From assembly GCA_973895155.1 (NCBI GenBank), contig OZ316891.1, forward strand, positions 30,759,112-30,823,111: a DNA stretch of 64,000 bases, read 5' to 3'. The stretch is from Marsupella aquatica (lineage: Eukaryota; Plantae; Marchantiophyta). Below, piece by piece: positions 27,154-39,065 of the stretch. The notes under the pieces are model-generated. The model ran no database searches. It saw only the letters and a list, made by a program, of their open reading frames with translations, and was not told where the DNA came from. The stretch's first letter is position 1, and each line of letters starts with the position of its first letter. A program made the translations under genes and the position numbers.

Positions 27154-27185
27154 TGTTGCACTGCAATTTCTATCATGCAATAAAT

Positions 27186-30100
27186 ATTGCATCACCCAAG
27201 CCTTTCGCCTGCACTTCAAGAGATTCGGTTTGCTGCTGTAGTTCTGGAAGGTGAAAAGGATTTCAAGGACATTGTCAGATACTGGGATTTGAAGCAAATG
27301 GCAAATCTATTCCCTAAACACCAGTTTAAGTTGCGAATCGGATTGCTGTGAAGTCAGCTTAGTAGCTTTTCCGTTCAGTTTATGAATTGATGGTCCAGAA
27401 TAAGTTGAACTTTGTTTGTCAGCTTGCTTCTATTTTTCCTTATACGCTTGAGGAGCATAGACTTGCATGCCTACTTGTCTGTAGAGCTCACATTCAGCCT
27501 GCCAATCACTTGTTTAGTCGCACTGTGAAAGGAATTCTTAGTGCTACCATGCAAGGATTGATCCAACAGGGACACATCGAACTATTTTCCTAACGCCTGA
27601 TAATGATAACAACCATTTGCAAAACGAGTCAGATTCCAGTCAAGCAAAGAAGAACAAACCAATTGGGCTTCACATTGGTCGAGCTCAAAGTCTCGGTCTT
27701 CCAGGAGTTTGAGGTTGTACTTGAAGTCACTGGTCAAGAGAGCCAAATGTTGCTTGAGTGTACTGATCTGCACATCTCGCCCGTGCACAAGTCCCGCAGC
27801 TCCCTCAAGTCAACATCCATTGTGTGCTGGGCCTTACCATGCCCGCCGCTCTTTGCGCTCATCTTGCTAAGTGCAACCTTTACCTCCCTCTAATCTCTTC
27901 ACCCCGTCTCTAGCAAATCAATGATGTTGTGATCCTCATCCGCAAGAATCGATGCTACATAGCTGTTACTTGAAATTTCCTCCACACACAACTTCAATTA
28001 TGTTGTCATCCTCATCCCCAAGAATCCAAGCTAACTGGCTGCTACTTGAAATTCCTCCAGACTCAACTTCCACTACGTTGTCATCCTCATCCCAAGAATC
28101 AACTTCAATTATGTTGTTATCCTCATCCCCAAGAATCCATGGTGCATGCCTGCCACTTGAAATGACTCCAGGCACAATTTCATACTAAGGTCACTAATCT
28201 CAACGTTCTCCTTGCAATGCTTTCAGGTTTTTAATGTAGAAGTCATGCACTTTTCTGTCAGCTCCGGTTTCCTATGCTGTGAGTCGAAGCACTTGACTGT
28301 TGTGCCTTAGTCTCATCTGGACCGTGTATTTCAAAATTGACGGTGGAGATGCGTCCTCCAAACTGTGGGTGCTCGGTGAACCCGGGCACTGACGGTGCTT
28401 CAGGACCGTCGATGGGGTGACTTGCACAGTCGGCCGAGCATCGACGGCCTGTGAATGTGGGTCTAACATGAATAAACGAAATGAGACCTTCGTTTCCTTT
28501 GCCCGAAATTCTGTCGCAGTAATTGATCCCGACTTCTCGAAATGACGATGTTCTAGACAAATCCCCGAGCAAGAGGCCTTCGCTGATTTCATGGACCTCC
28601 TTCTCAACATGGGATATGTACCAGCTTCGGAACGGTGATCTTTCGAGTAATTGGGCCCGATTTCTCGAAATGATGTTCTAGACGAATCCCGAGCAAGGTT
28701 TTCGATGATTTGATTGTCCTCCTTCTCAACATGGGATATGTATCAGCTTCGGAGCGCTGATCTTTCGAGTAATTGGGCCCGATTTCTCGAAATGATGTTC
28801 TAGACGAATCCCCGAGCAAGGTTTTGGATGATTTGATTGTCCTCCTTCTCAACATGGAATACGTATCTGCTTGGTAACAGTGATCGTTCGAGTAATTGAG
28901 CCTGATTTCTCAAATTGATGTTCTGGACAAATCCCAGAGCAAGTCTTAGATGATTGATTGTGCTCCTCAACATGGGATGTGTATCAGTTTCGCAAAGGTG
29001 ATCTTTCAAGTAATTGAGCCCGATTTCTCGGAATGATGTTCTAGACAAATCCCCGAGCAAGGTTTTCGATCATTTGATTGTCGTCCTTCTCAACATGGAA
29101 AACGTGTCAGCTTCGTAACGATGATCTTTCGAGTAATTGAGCCTGATTTCTCGAAATGATGTTCTAGACGAATCCCCAAGCAAAAGGTTTTCGATGATTT
29201 GATTGTCCTCCTTCTCAACATGGAATACGTATCAGCTTCGTAACGATGATCATTACCTCCATCTTCTATGAGGCCTATCAGCACAGATTCTAAATGAGCC
29301 GGGATCAAACGCCTCGTCCTTTCGAGCATGATTGTATGAGAGAATGAAAAGGGTGACGAAAACACACATCATGCCCTCATGCTCCAAAAACACATCTTAG
29401 TGTAAACATACCCTGTGAAGTTTCACCGTTGAGCTATCGTCGGCGTTTTCCCCACAGCTTTTTCACATTGCTTGCTGCGTCCTTTTGTGTGGCCCTGTAG
29501 TCTGACCTCAACTCTGACTTGATCCTAACCTGAAGAATCTGGGGTTCCTCTGTTGTTGTCAGCATCTGTTAACTGTTGTGAGGGTGCTTTGCTCTCGCCT
29601 ACTTGGAAATCTGAGACCTGTACGGACGGTATTTCTTGGCCTTTATTGCTGCTCGCCACCGGTACCCTGTTTCTCTCCAGCTTGCTCTCTTCAGATTGCA
29701 TCGTGCTTTCACTTCTGCCCCATCTCACACAGAAATCAATCAATGAAAAGATCCGCCGGAGACAGGAATGAACTAGATAGTATGCAAGTACATGTACTAA
29801 GTTTCACCCACCTACAGGTGAACGTTACAAAGAGGACGTGAATCAAGCGGAACCTGAATTGAGAAGGAGCAGCCCACTTTGAAGACTCATCTAGCTGCTT
29901 CCCCACGGTGCTTGCACCCTCTGGCCTCTGTACTGAAGCCTCAGCTAACGTGCTGCTGGTCCTTTGGATAGGCGATGTCAATTCTGAATGATTGATATTG
30001 TGCAGAGTGTCATCTTCTTCGTCGGAAGAGTGTGTTCCAGTTTCACTGTCCTGAGCTTCATCAGCTTCTTCCGCCTCACTGGAAGCCTCCAAGCGACCTT

Positions 30101-31110
30101 GTTCTCCTGGAGAGTGGTCGTTATTTTCACTGTCATCTACTTCATCACCTGGTTCAAAATCCCCTGAATAATCTGAATGATCTTCTTCATACCCACTTTC
30201 TTCTATGTCGTCATGGTCGTCAGAATAGTTGGACCTATCTGTTATAGTCCAATTAGAGTGCCTGGCTACACTAAAATTCCCGCCCAATGAGACCATAATG
30301 ACCATCAGATATGCAGAACCATCTCCACTGCCCAGTCCAGCAAACTGGATTATGGCAATCGAGATATGCCTAGCCTAATATCCCACAATGTAGTTTAGCA
30401 AATTTGTATTTAAACACCCGAACTCCTGTTCAGCTCTCTAGTTGAGGATAAATATAGACAGATGGTAACCCTACTGATTACAAGCTTTCAACTTTTGCAG
30501 GTGCTGACTGCTTTGATGAGCGCTCCAAAAGCCACAGGAAATCTATCGGAGATTACTACTGTAGTGAATCGGTTGGAGCGATCTTGGTATCACTCTTGCT
30601 GACTTGAGCAGCCAGTCCTAACAGCAGAATACTGGAAGATGCTAAGTGGCAATCCATATAGTCCAGGAGATCCAGGAAGTACCCACAGTATGTACAATAT
30701 GTTGCTTAGTAACGAGCAAACACACAGCAAAGCACAGGCTGCCTCATACCTGACCACTGCGCTTTCTTGTTCCTTCACCTAGTGGCACTTCAATTCATGC
30801 TTCTCCTGCTCTTCAGCAGTTGCATGTGACAAAGAATCGTCACCAACGTTTAGAACCATCTCGGAATCATCATCTGATGAAGTATCTCTTTTTAACTTTT
30901 TCTTTGCTGTACAGTGCCTCGTTCTCTTGGCTTCAGCAATCGGCTCGGGAACAGATTCATCCCCTAGATTCAGAATCATTTGTGATGCCCCCTCAATGAA
31001 TCATGTGACTTCAGTGCTGGTATGCTCTTTTGCACATTCAGCGCTCTGCCAATTTAAAGGGGAATGGAATAATCAGTTACATTCACAATCATGACTAAAT
31101 AACCATCTGG
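27186..31110 (+). repeat. Direct segmental duplicate of 8457-~13060 (CCDC57-like 5' exons, minisatellites, acidic-protein gene), with internal deletions
   Basis: Paired near-identical ORFs: 9623/27582, 10299/28258, 11474/29525, 12533/30590. Deletions correspond to ~8689-8902 and ~8974-9527. Confidence 0.93.
28520..29250. repeat. Minisatellite, ~122-bp unit, ~6 copies (paralogue of 10560-11200)
   Basis: CTCAACATGG block at ~28603, 28725, 28848, 28966, 29089 and 29214. Confidence 0.9.
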
Positions 31111-33519
31111 CGAACGATGCACCATCTCAGTAAACAATAGTTCGTCTTCTTTGTTCTTTCACGCGTCAGACTGAATCCTGCTGTGTCCACAGTGATATCT
31201 TTCTTGTTGGAAACTTTATTTGATGATGCCCTTTCTAGTGAGCTAAAGGAGGACTTGAGCCAATGTAAGTCTGACTTGAGGGATGCAACTGGAAAGACAA
31301 TGAACAGTCATCTACCATGTTTTGGTTTACACATCCTTTCCAACTTTCGTGGACAATGTGGCATTAGAGAAAACGTTAACATTTGAACACTGTCCATCCC
31401 GATTTGTGAAAGTCCATCTGAGCATATCAGCAAAATTTAGGTCCACCAGGCAATTTTTTGGAATGGTATAACCCATCAATAGGTGAACATGAGAGAGTTT
31501 CTAAAGAGGAACAACCTTCATTACAAATAAATAGATGTTGCTCACAAAATCTTACTATTTGTGATTAAAAACCTACTTTTATGGCTCAGGTGTAGAGTGA
31601 AGCCTCTAGACTGTAACTCGGGGTTTATCACTTAACTTTGGGGGTGCATAAAAGTGGGGGTGCAAGGAATGGAGAAAAATCATAAATGAGCATGAATAAC
31701 AAGGAATCTTTTTCTTGCAAGTTTTTTTTTGTACTCACCTATATTTATGTTCAAAAGAACAATTAGTCAGGCTAGTCAAAGTAGGAGACTGACAGGCAAG
31801 GAGAACAGATGATGTTAGTCCTCTTCAAAGCATGAACCCTAAACCTTTCTGATTGATTGGCCCTAGTATGTAACAATTTCCTGTTGCCCAGATCACCTCT
31901 AGAGAGGAGGCACCACAATCCTACTTCTAAAGGCTCAAGATCTCTTAGTTTACAATCTGAAGCAACTACCTCTTTGGTTGGGTTGCATTGGCCATTAATA
32001 GTACATAACAGCCAGGCCACCCTTACAGTATGGGGTGTCAGAAATTGGATTCTGACTCACTACAAACATTCCATTAAAGTGGTTTTGGTTTGACTAAACA
32101 CTATAAAAGCAATGATCACTAGCAACTATGTCCTCGGTCCATTGGTAAATGCTTGCACGTCCTGTGTTTACACAGAAAATTTGATCTGTCCCATGCAGTT
32201 CCATAGACTGGATAAAACTCGCTCATTCAGCCATTTATTTGTTCCATGAATTTAGCTGGAGATGGCTGGATTGACTTGGGTGTAGTCTGTAACTTTTGTT
32301 GCAGTGACCAATTTGGACACCCCTAATAGATCATTTCTACATTGCTATATCGAGGGGGTCAATGCATCAATGCTTCCCAATCATCTAGTGCTACCTAGAG
32401 GAGACCTTTAATGCTCTTTAAAATTACTGTAAGCTAAACAATCTTGCTAAATGATCATGCACAATAAAAGCTTTATCTGTAACCATGAACTCATGTGAAC
32501 CACACAAATGAAGGCCAAGAACTTGAAGACAGTTACAAACAGTGGCAGGGAAGGGCATAATGGCGACATCCAGTTAGTTAGTGAGTTGGAAAGGTGAGGC
32601 ATTGTTGGGTTGGGTGGTTGGTTTGGCTTGTCATTCTGTCAATTTGCATCAGCTCTCAAGTACAAGATGTGGACTATCACTGGCTAATCTACACAATGGT
32701 CCTCCATGGAAGCTCTACCGATATCCAACTGAAATGTCCCGGCACAGTTAGGTTCGGGGACAGACTAAGGACAAATTCACTTTCAAATATGCTAATGTGG
32801 AACTGAGAGATATGGATTTGCTGTAAACAAAACTTTCACACACAAGCAAAGAATTGCCTCCAAACTATTTGCATCATTGACTCACTGAGAATCTCTTACA
32901 TTGATATTCACTGATCAAGAAAACACCACTACACCAGGAATCCCGTAATCAAAAGACATTACCCTTCACTAAAGAAGTACAGAGTATTTTCAATCTCTGC
33001 CACTAGCTTGGCAGTAACAATCAGACTGACTTTTTTAGCTTACGCAATAAAGGGCAAAGGCAAAGGATCAAAACATGAATTGAGAAGTTCTTGACCAATT
33101 TTTCCTGGCTATGCCTTGTATGAGGTATAATGACCTCTACAGAGAAGAGTATTCAAGATTGGACGAAGAAACAATCCAAATATCCTAATCATAGTTTGTC
33201 CAAAGTAGTTACCAGTTTATTATGAAATAACAGAATGAAAATTTTTCACATAGATTGAAGAGCATATATGATTCTTGATAGGGTTGTCATCGTTTTCCAA
33301 CCTAGAAAAAGGGGGCTTCCAGATAGCCAGTGTGAGAGATTTGATTTGGGGTGTTTATTCATCCCATCTTCAATACTCCTCCGTTCAGAGGTCATTTCAA
33401 GCTATCATACAGAGGAATAAAAACAATGAAAGACAAAGATGACCAACAATGCTCGGGACAAACTTGATGCCTCTTGTGCCAATTCAAAGAATCTAAACAT
33501 TTGGGCCAGCTAAGAACAA

Positions 33520-35337
33520 ATGAGGGGTTCAACTGGTGGGTGTCCAAAAGTTGCACAAAGACATCTGGAAGAAGACAATAGTGCAAGAGAGTTGCACAAA
33601 GCTGAAGCTGGAGAGAGGCCTGATAATTACAACAAGACTAACAAACAGAAAGAGGGCTCTATCGTTACAACTAGAAGGTTGGCCATTGTGACTACTCACA
33701 AATGGATAGTAATGCTCAAAGCTTGGTTTCACGGGAATTCAACTACTCAGTCTCAGGAGCCCAACCCTCCTCAAAGGTGGCTCTGCTTTGTGATTTGGCT
33801 TCTCCTGGTGCTTATGCTCTTACTAATTTCTCTAGGCTCTACTTGGTTGAGCCATTTGTGGAGGCCCAGTGTGAATGAAGGTGATGAGATAGCAAGCTTG
33901 CTGCAGAAGTATGGCTTTTTGACCAACGAAACCGAATTTGAGGACACCCTAGTCCCAGCATCATGGACTGAAAATCATAGCCCGTTGAGTCCCAACATCT
34001 TCAAATTGGAGAGAGCTGTTCAAATACTCCGTGGGATACTCCACTGCTCCTCTGATCTCAAGGGGCCAAACAAAAGCAATGGTACTCCAGATGCATCATC
34101 TGCCAACAAGAACAACGAACAAATAAACATTGCAGACTTCAAGTATGAATATTTTGAAGAGTGTCCGCCTTACTTCAATTGGATTCGAGAGGATCTAGCT
34201 CCTTGGAAGGAATCAGGAATCTCACGAAGTAGTCTTGAGCTGGGTAGGAGATATGCATCATTCAGAGTTATCATTTTGAAGGGCACATTGTATATTGATA
34301 TATTTAATGCATGCTTTCAAACTCGTCTGTTGTTCACAGTATGGGGACTGTTGCTCCTCTTGGAGAAGTATAACACCAAAATTCCAGATGTGGAGTTTAT
34401 GTTCAACTGCGGGGATAGCCCTCATGCCAAAATAGACAACAATGTGGCAGTTCCTCTCTTCAGCTACAGCAGTAGTCGTTCATATTATGATATCCCTTGG
34501 CCAGATTGGTCATTTTGGGGCTGGTCTGAAATATATATGGAATCATGGGATCAAGAATTTGACAAGATTACCAAGGGTTCCAAAAAGAAACCCTGGAGGG
34601 ACAGGGACAAGAAGGCATATTGGAGGGGCAACCCTTTTGTTGGACTAGGAAAGGCAGTCTTTCGGGAGCAACTTCTTTTCTGTCACAACACAACAAACAA
34701 TACCAAAGTTGACGTAATAATCCAACATTGGTATGAGGAGCTTTTGAGTAGAAAACAGAATTCCAAATTGGAAGATCAATGTACACATAGGTATATGGTG
34801 TATGTTGAAGGGGTTTCTTGGTCGGCAAGTTTGAAGTACATTATGGCATGTGGATCTACAACAATGGTGGTGTCACCAAATTTTTATGACTTTTTTCAGA
34901 GGGGACTTCAGCCAGGGGTTCACTATGTCCGAGTGCAGCCCAAAGACAGCTGTAGTTCCAAGCTCTGTCCCAAACTTAATGAAGTGGTTGACAACCAAGA
35001 ATTAAATCCATCAATGAGGGGAGAAGCAATTGGCAAGAATGGACAAGAATTTGTAAGAACACAGGTTAGCATGGACAAGGTATATGACTACATGTATCAT
35101 GCTCTGGTCAAGTATGCTGAGCTACAGGAGTTTCAGCCGATGATTTCCAGCTCTGCGCACTTGGTGACACAAGATTACATTCTTTGCCTAGCCCAACCCC
35201 TTCAAAAGTTGTTGCTGAAACAAGCAAGGAAGCACATGCCATCAAATGTATTACCTTGCAGTATGTCAATTGATAGAGCAAGATTCTTCAAAGATTATGG
35301 GTGGGAGGCTTACAAACCTGCCAACAACACCTGCTAA
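33520..35337 (+). CDS. Glycosyltransferase family 90 (CAP10 / Rumi-KDELC-like), type II membrane protein; true start may be the second Met
   Basis: 605-aa uninterrupted ORF with an N-terminal TM segment. Motifs CPPYFNWIREDLAPW, FQTRLLFTVWG, PDVEFMFNCGD, DIPWPDWSFWGW, AYWRGNP, YVEGVSWSASLKYIMAC and VYDYMYH. Confidence 0.93.
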   Translation: MRGSTGGCPKVAQRHLEEDNSARELHKAEAGERPDNYNKTNKQKEGSIVTTRRLAIVTTHKWIVMLKAWFHGNSTTQSQEPNPPQRWLCFVIWLLLVLMLLLISLGSTWLSHLWRPSVNEGDEIASLLQKYGFLTNETEFEDTLVPASWTENHSPLSPNIFKLERAVQILRGILHCSSDLKGPNKSNGTPDASSANKNNEQINIADFKYEYFEECPPYFNWIREDLAPWKESGISRSSLELGRRYASFRVIILKGTLYIDIFNACFQTRLLFTVWGLLLLLEKYNTKIPDVEFMFNCGDSPHAKIDNNVAVPLFSYSSSRSYYDIPWPDWSFWGWSEIYMESWDQEFDKITKGSKKKPWRDRDKKAYWRGNPFVGLGKAVFREQLLFCHNTTNNTKVDVIIQHWYEELLSRKQNSKLEDQCTHRYMVYVEGVSWSASLKYIMACGSTTMVVSPNFYDFFQRGLQPGVHYVRVQPKDSCSSKLCPKLNEVVDNQELNPSMRGEAIGKNGQEFVRTQVSMDKVYDYMYHALVKYAELQEFQPMISSSAHLVTQDYILCLAQPLQKLLLKQARKHMPSNVLPCSMSIDRARFFKDYGWEAYKPANNTC

Positions 35338-37370
35338 GCACAAAATGCTTGGGAGAGGCTTTGAAATCATCAAGCTTGCAGCAGTATAATACATCAGATG
35401 ACTAGCTCTTGAGTCAGATAGTTTCAAGTAGATGACATTGGACTTATTAACTTGTTGTAACATACATAAAAAAGCATTTCTTGTTAAAACACCCAAAAAG
35501 AATGGTTTTCTGAAGGAAAACACTATTTAAAACATAGCTGATGAGGGCAAAGCATTTATTGTTCTCTGTAGATAAGGCTAATAATTTGTTTGCTTTGCAT
35601 TATTTTCTTTGCTTTGTTTTTGGTGTGTTTCCAGGGTTTTATTATATCTTTGTTCTTGTAGCACACTTTTTCTCATGTACGTTATCTGCTCATTTGTGGT
35701 ACTTTGAATGTCATCCCGAGGGACCATCTGGTCATTTTTCGTATAACAAATACTTAAATTACTCTAGAGGCATGGAGCTAAGGCGGACAATAGAATTTTT
35801 GACAGATCCCACTGAACAAAACAAATTCAAACCCTAATGTCATCACTGTAGTGAAGTGCAATCATCTTGGTGGGAAATGATTTGGCATGGTGGATTCCAT
35901 AGTTCTTTCACAACAACCTCCTAGTGTCCACATTCCCTCGCCTAGTAAGGGCTCTAGGACATTAAAGCATTGTCTGCCTGTCTGTTTATCCATCCATATA
36001 GAAAACCAAGGGCAATCAGAAGAAAGCTGGGTGACATCCACAGGGACAAACCATGGGCAATTGGATGCTTCCTTAGGATCTTTACTCGAGATGCATTAGC
36101 AAGAACTCAATTGAGAACTTTGTAATTGACATTGCATAAAAGTAAGATGAAATTTAGACTGTAAACTTCAACAGAGATATGAGATTGTTCATTTTAAAGT
36201 AGAGATCATAGCAAGTGCAGAATTTAAGTGGGATAGATCTCAACAGATGTAGGGGGGGTCTTTGCAGACAAGGCCAAAGTTTGGACGATCTTATTAGGTG
36301 CGACCAAAGATCAATGAAACCAAGAAATTGTTGTTACTAATACTGGAGTCATGTACAAAAAATTCAATAATCCATCCACATTCAGAGCATTCCCATAATC
36401 AAAATACACTACAATGTCAAATCCCCAGGGGAGTTTTTACAACAATATGGTGATGTCAATTCCACTTTCACGAGTATGCTTTCTAGATTGCTTGTGGGCT
36501 TGAGGCGTTCAATCTTTGGAACCTTCTTGTGCAATTTAACCAGACTTTGCCGAGAACCTAAGTTGTTTAATAGGAGGACCAGTTTCCAACCATTCTTCAT
36601 GAAAAGTAAAATTCTGTCACAATTCAACCCCTTTGATTTGCATGACATTTTTTGCTACTTTCGGTGTTCATCATGAAATCCCTCACCAAAGTCTAGCTTG
36701 CCAGCGCCAAGGTCAGCATTAGATTGCATCAATTGAGTCATCAGTGTTCAATACAACTGATATTGACGTGATTGAGTTTGGATTATTGTGATTCAATTGA
36801 CTTTAGTTTGATATATGAACCCATGAACATGCTTCAATGACTAATGACTAGATTGATTTGAGTCTTCCTGATTGAGGTGCAATAATGTTCTTTAGAAAAC
36901 TTCAACAATTTGTTGAAATGTGTCCAATCATTCTATCACAATTCCCAATTTCATATTTTTGCTATCATGGAAGGTCCATTGCATTGAAGGAATTTGTAAT
37001 CAACTGTGCTTGACAAAATTGCAGATTGAGTGTCAAAAGCTTTGCTCTTAATGTGCTCACACTGACTACTCCAAACTCTGAGCAAGAATAGCTCACTGAA
37101 GCAAATAAGTCTCAAATGAGTCCTTCAATTTCAAGACACTGAGAAGAAATTGGAGCCCTTTTCAGGCTTTATCTTCTTAGCTCGTGTCTTGATTTATTTT
37201 GTTCATGTCCTTTGTTGGTGTGCATCCATTGTATTTTTTGGATTTAGTTTTATTTTGGCACCATTTAGCCTCAAACTTTAGTGGATGATTCTTTTTTATA
37301 GAGTATTATTATTAACCATATAATTTTTTCTTGAAGAGGTCCATTCCTCCTTTTAGAATACGACAAAGTA

Positions 37371-37452
37371 GCTCCTCACTGAGATTTGAACCTAAGACGT
37401 CATGCGAGGGTTCAAGAGTGCCATTGTGAGTTCCTACTACTAGACTAGAAGG
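37371..37452 (-). other. Degenerate tRNA-like / SINE-head sequence
   Basis: Minus strand shows A-box-like TAGTCTAGTAGT and B-box GGTTCAAATC about 50 nt apart; no clean cloverleaf. Confidence 0.35.
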
Positions 37453-37511
37453 TGTATACATGGGTGAAATTGTATAATAAGGGAAAAAATATTGTGTAAG
37501 TACGTGGGTGA

Positions 37512-38861
37512 TGTGAAGACCTGGGCCACCAACCCTATTGGAAGGGCTGAAAATCCTAGGAGAATTGTTTTCGTTCAAATACATTTGGATAGGCTCAAAA
37601 CCCCAAGGTACTGTCCTTTGCTTTGGTTAAAATTACAACTGGAAGGAAGAGAAATCACAAGAGAAATTATAAGCTTAGATTAAAAACGTAATTTCTTTTG
37701 TCTGTTTAAGATAGTATATCATGTGAGAAAGATTATGGTTTAGCTTTAGTCTTAATAGGGTGGGCTTTGAGACTAGAGAGATCTCAACGAGAAAATCTTC
37801 AAAGTTGCTCTTCATCTTTCTTTTTATGGATGCCTGTATGGAGGTAATCTTTCTGAGGGGAGCAAAGTTGAGATTCAATTTTATCTGATGTGTGGGTCAA
37901 GTCTGACCAACGTGAATCCAAGGTGTTGCAGTGGTCTTGGTTTAGTTGGACAGTGGAAGTCAATCCGTGAGGCTTCAGATCCGATTGCCGGCTACTGTGA
38001 GGCTTCAGATCTGATTGTCGGCTACTGTGGGGCTTCTTCAGATCTGATTGTCGGCTATTGTTGGACGATGTTGGCAAGGCACAAGTGAAGCGACGGCTCT
38101 TTTCCTGAAGGAACGGAGCTGCCAATGCCCCGTGCGATGGTATCATCATTTCAGTGAAAGAAACGAGGGTCAAAGGTGTTGAATCAAGTTGCTGCCAGTT
38201 CTGTGGAAGGGCTGCATTTTTCATGAAGGAAATCGACAGTTTTCGAGAGCTTTTCGTGAAGGAAGTAGTCATTTTTGGGGTCAGGTGTGAGGTGCACGAG
38301 GTCACCCATCCCGAAAGTGCTTGCGCAAGGCGACGCGTGAGGTCACCCATCCCGAAAGTGCTCCCAACCGCGAGCGCGAAGTCACCCATCACGAGCGCAG
38401 GCAGGCGTGAGGTCGAGGTCACCCATCCCGGGGCTATTCCGGGCCGTGAGCGCGAGGGGAGGCACAAGGTCGAGCGCGAGGAGGTCACCCATCCCGGGGC
38501 TATTCCCAGCCGCAAGCACTTAACTGGCAAGTTCTCATCCCACCTTGTGTACACATAAGCTTTGACAACTTGTTGTTTAGATTCAAGCGCCAGGGGGCTT
38601 TATACACTTCCCAATTTGTTTAGAGGCCTATTCTAGGCCAAATCAGATGCTGTTTTAGGGTTTTTGATACTTCTGAGTCCATCTAGACTCACAGATTGAA
38701 CCAATTTTGCCTTGGTTCTCATCTACAACATTGGAGTGCCATTGTGAAGCCTATTATGAAGGCTCTTCCTTGAACCTTATGCACATTGTCATATTGATTT
38801 GCATTTGCTTTTGTGTGGAGAGTTGAATGGTATCCATTCTTGTTTCTGGATCCTCTTCACA
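37512..38861 (+). repeat. Putative 5' LTR of the methyltransferase-carrying retrotransposon
   Basis: Begins TGTGAAGA (37512) and ends TCTTCACA (38861), a perfect 8-bp TG..CA terminal inverted repeat. Internal subrepeats: GGCTTCAGATCTGATTGTCGGCTA-like x3 at ~37970-38057 and GTCACCCATC x5 at ~38320-38510. Lies directly upstream of gag. No matching second copy seen. Confidence 0.5.
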
Positions 38862-39065
38862 CATGTTTCCTGTTTATGCGCCATGTTAGTTTCATGTGGG
38901 CGCTTGATTCCATAGGAGTGATCCGGGTTTGCAACTAGACATTCTAGTGTGCTGTGTATTTCTCTCTTGGTGATGTTGGAGTGATGCCCAACACACCATG
39001 GTGAGTGCTTGTGGTGCTGACAGGGATAGATTGCCCTTAGGGTTAGCACATAGATTAGGTTAGGG

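Noticed and set aside
36400-37150. Possible decayed coding or transposase sequence
   Set aside because: No recognisable motif in any frame.
37799-38558. 251-aa minus-strand and 134-aa plus-strand ORFs
   Set aside because: They consist of LTR subrepeats (GWVTS, SSRQSDLK) and show no domain signature.
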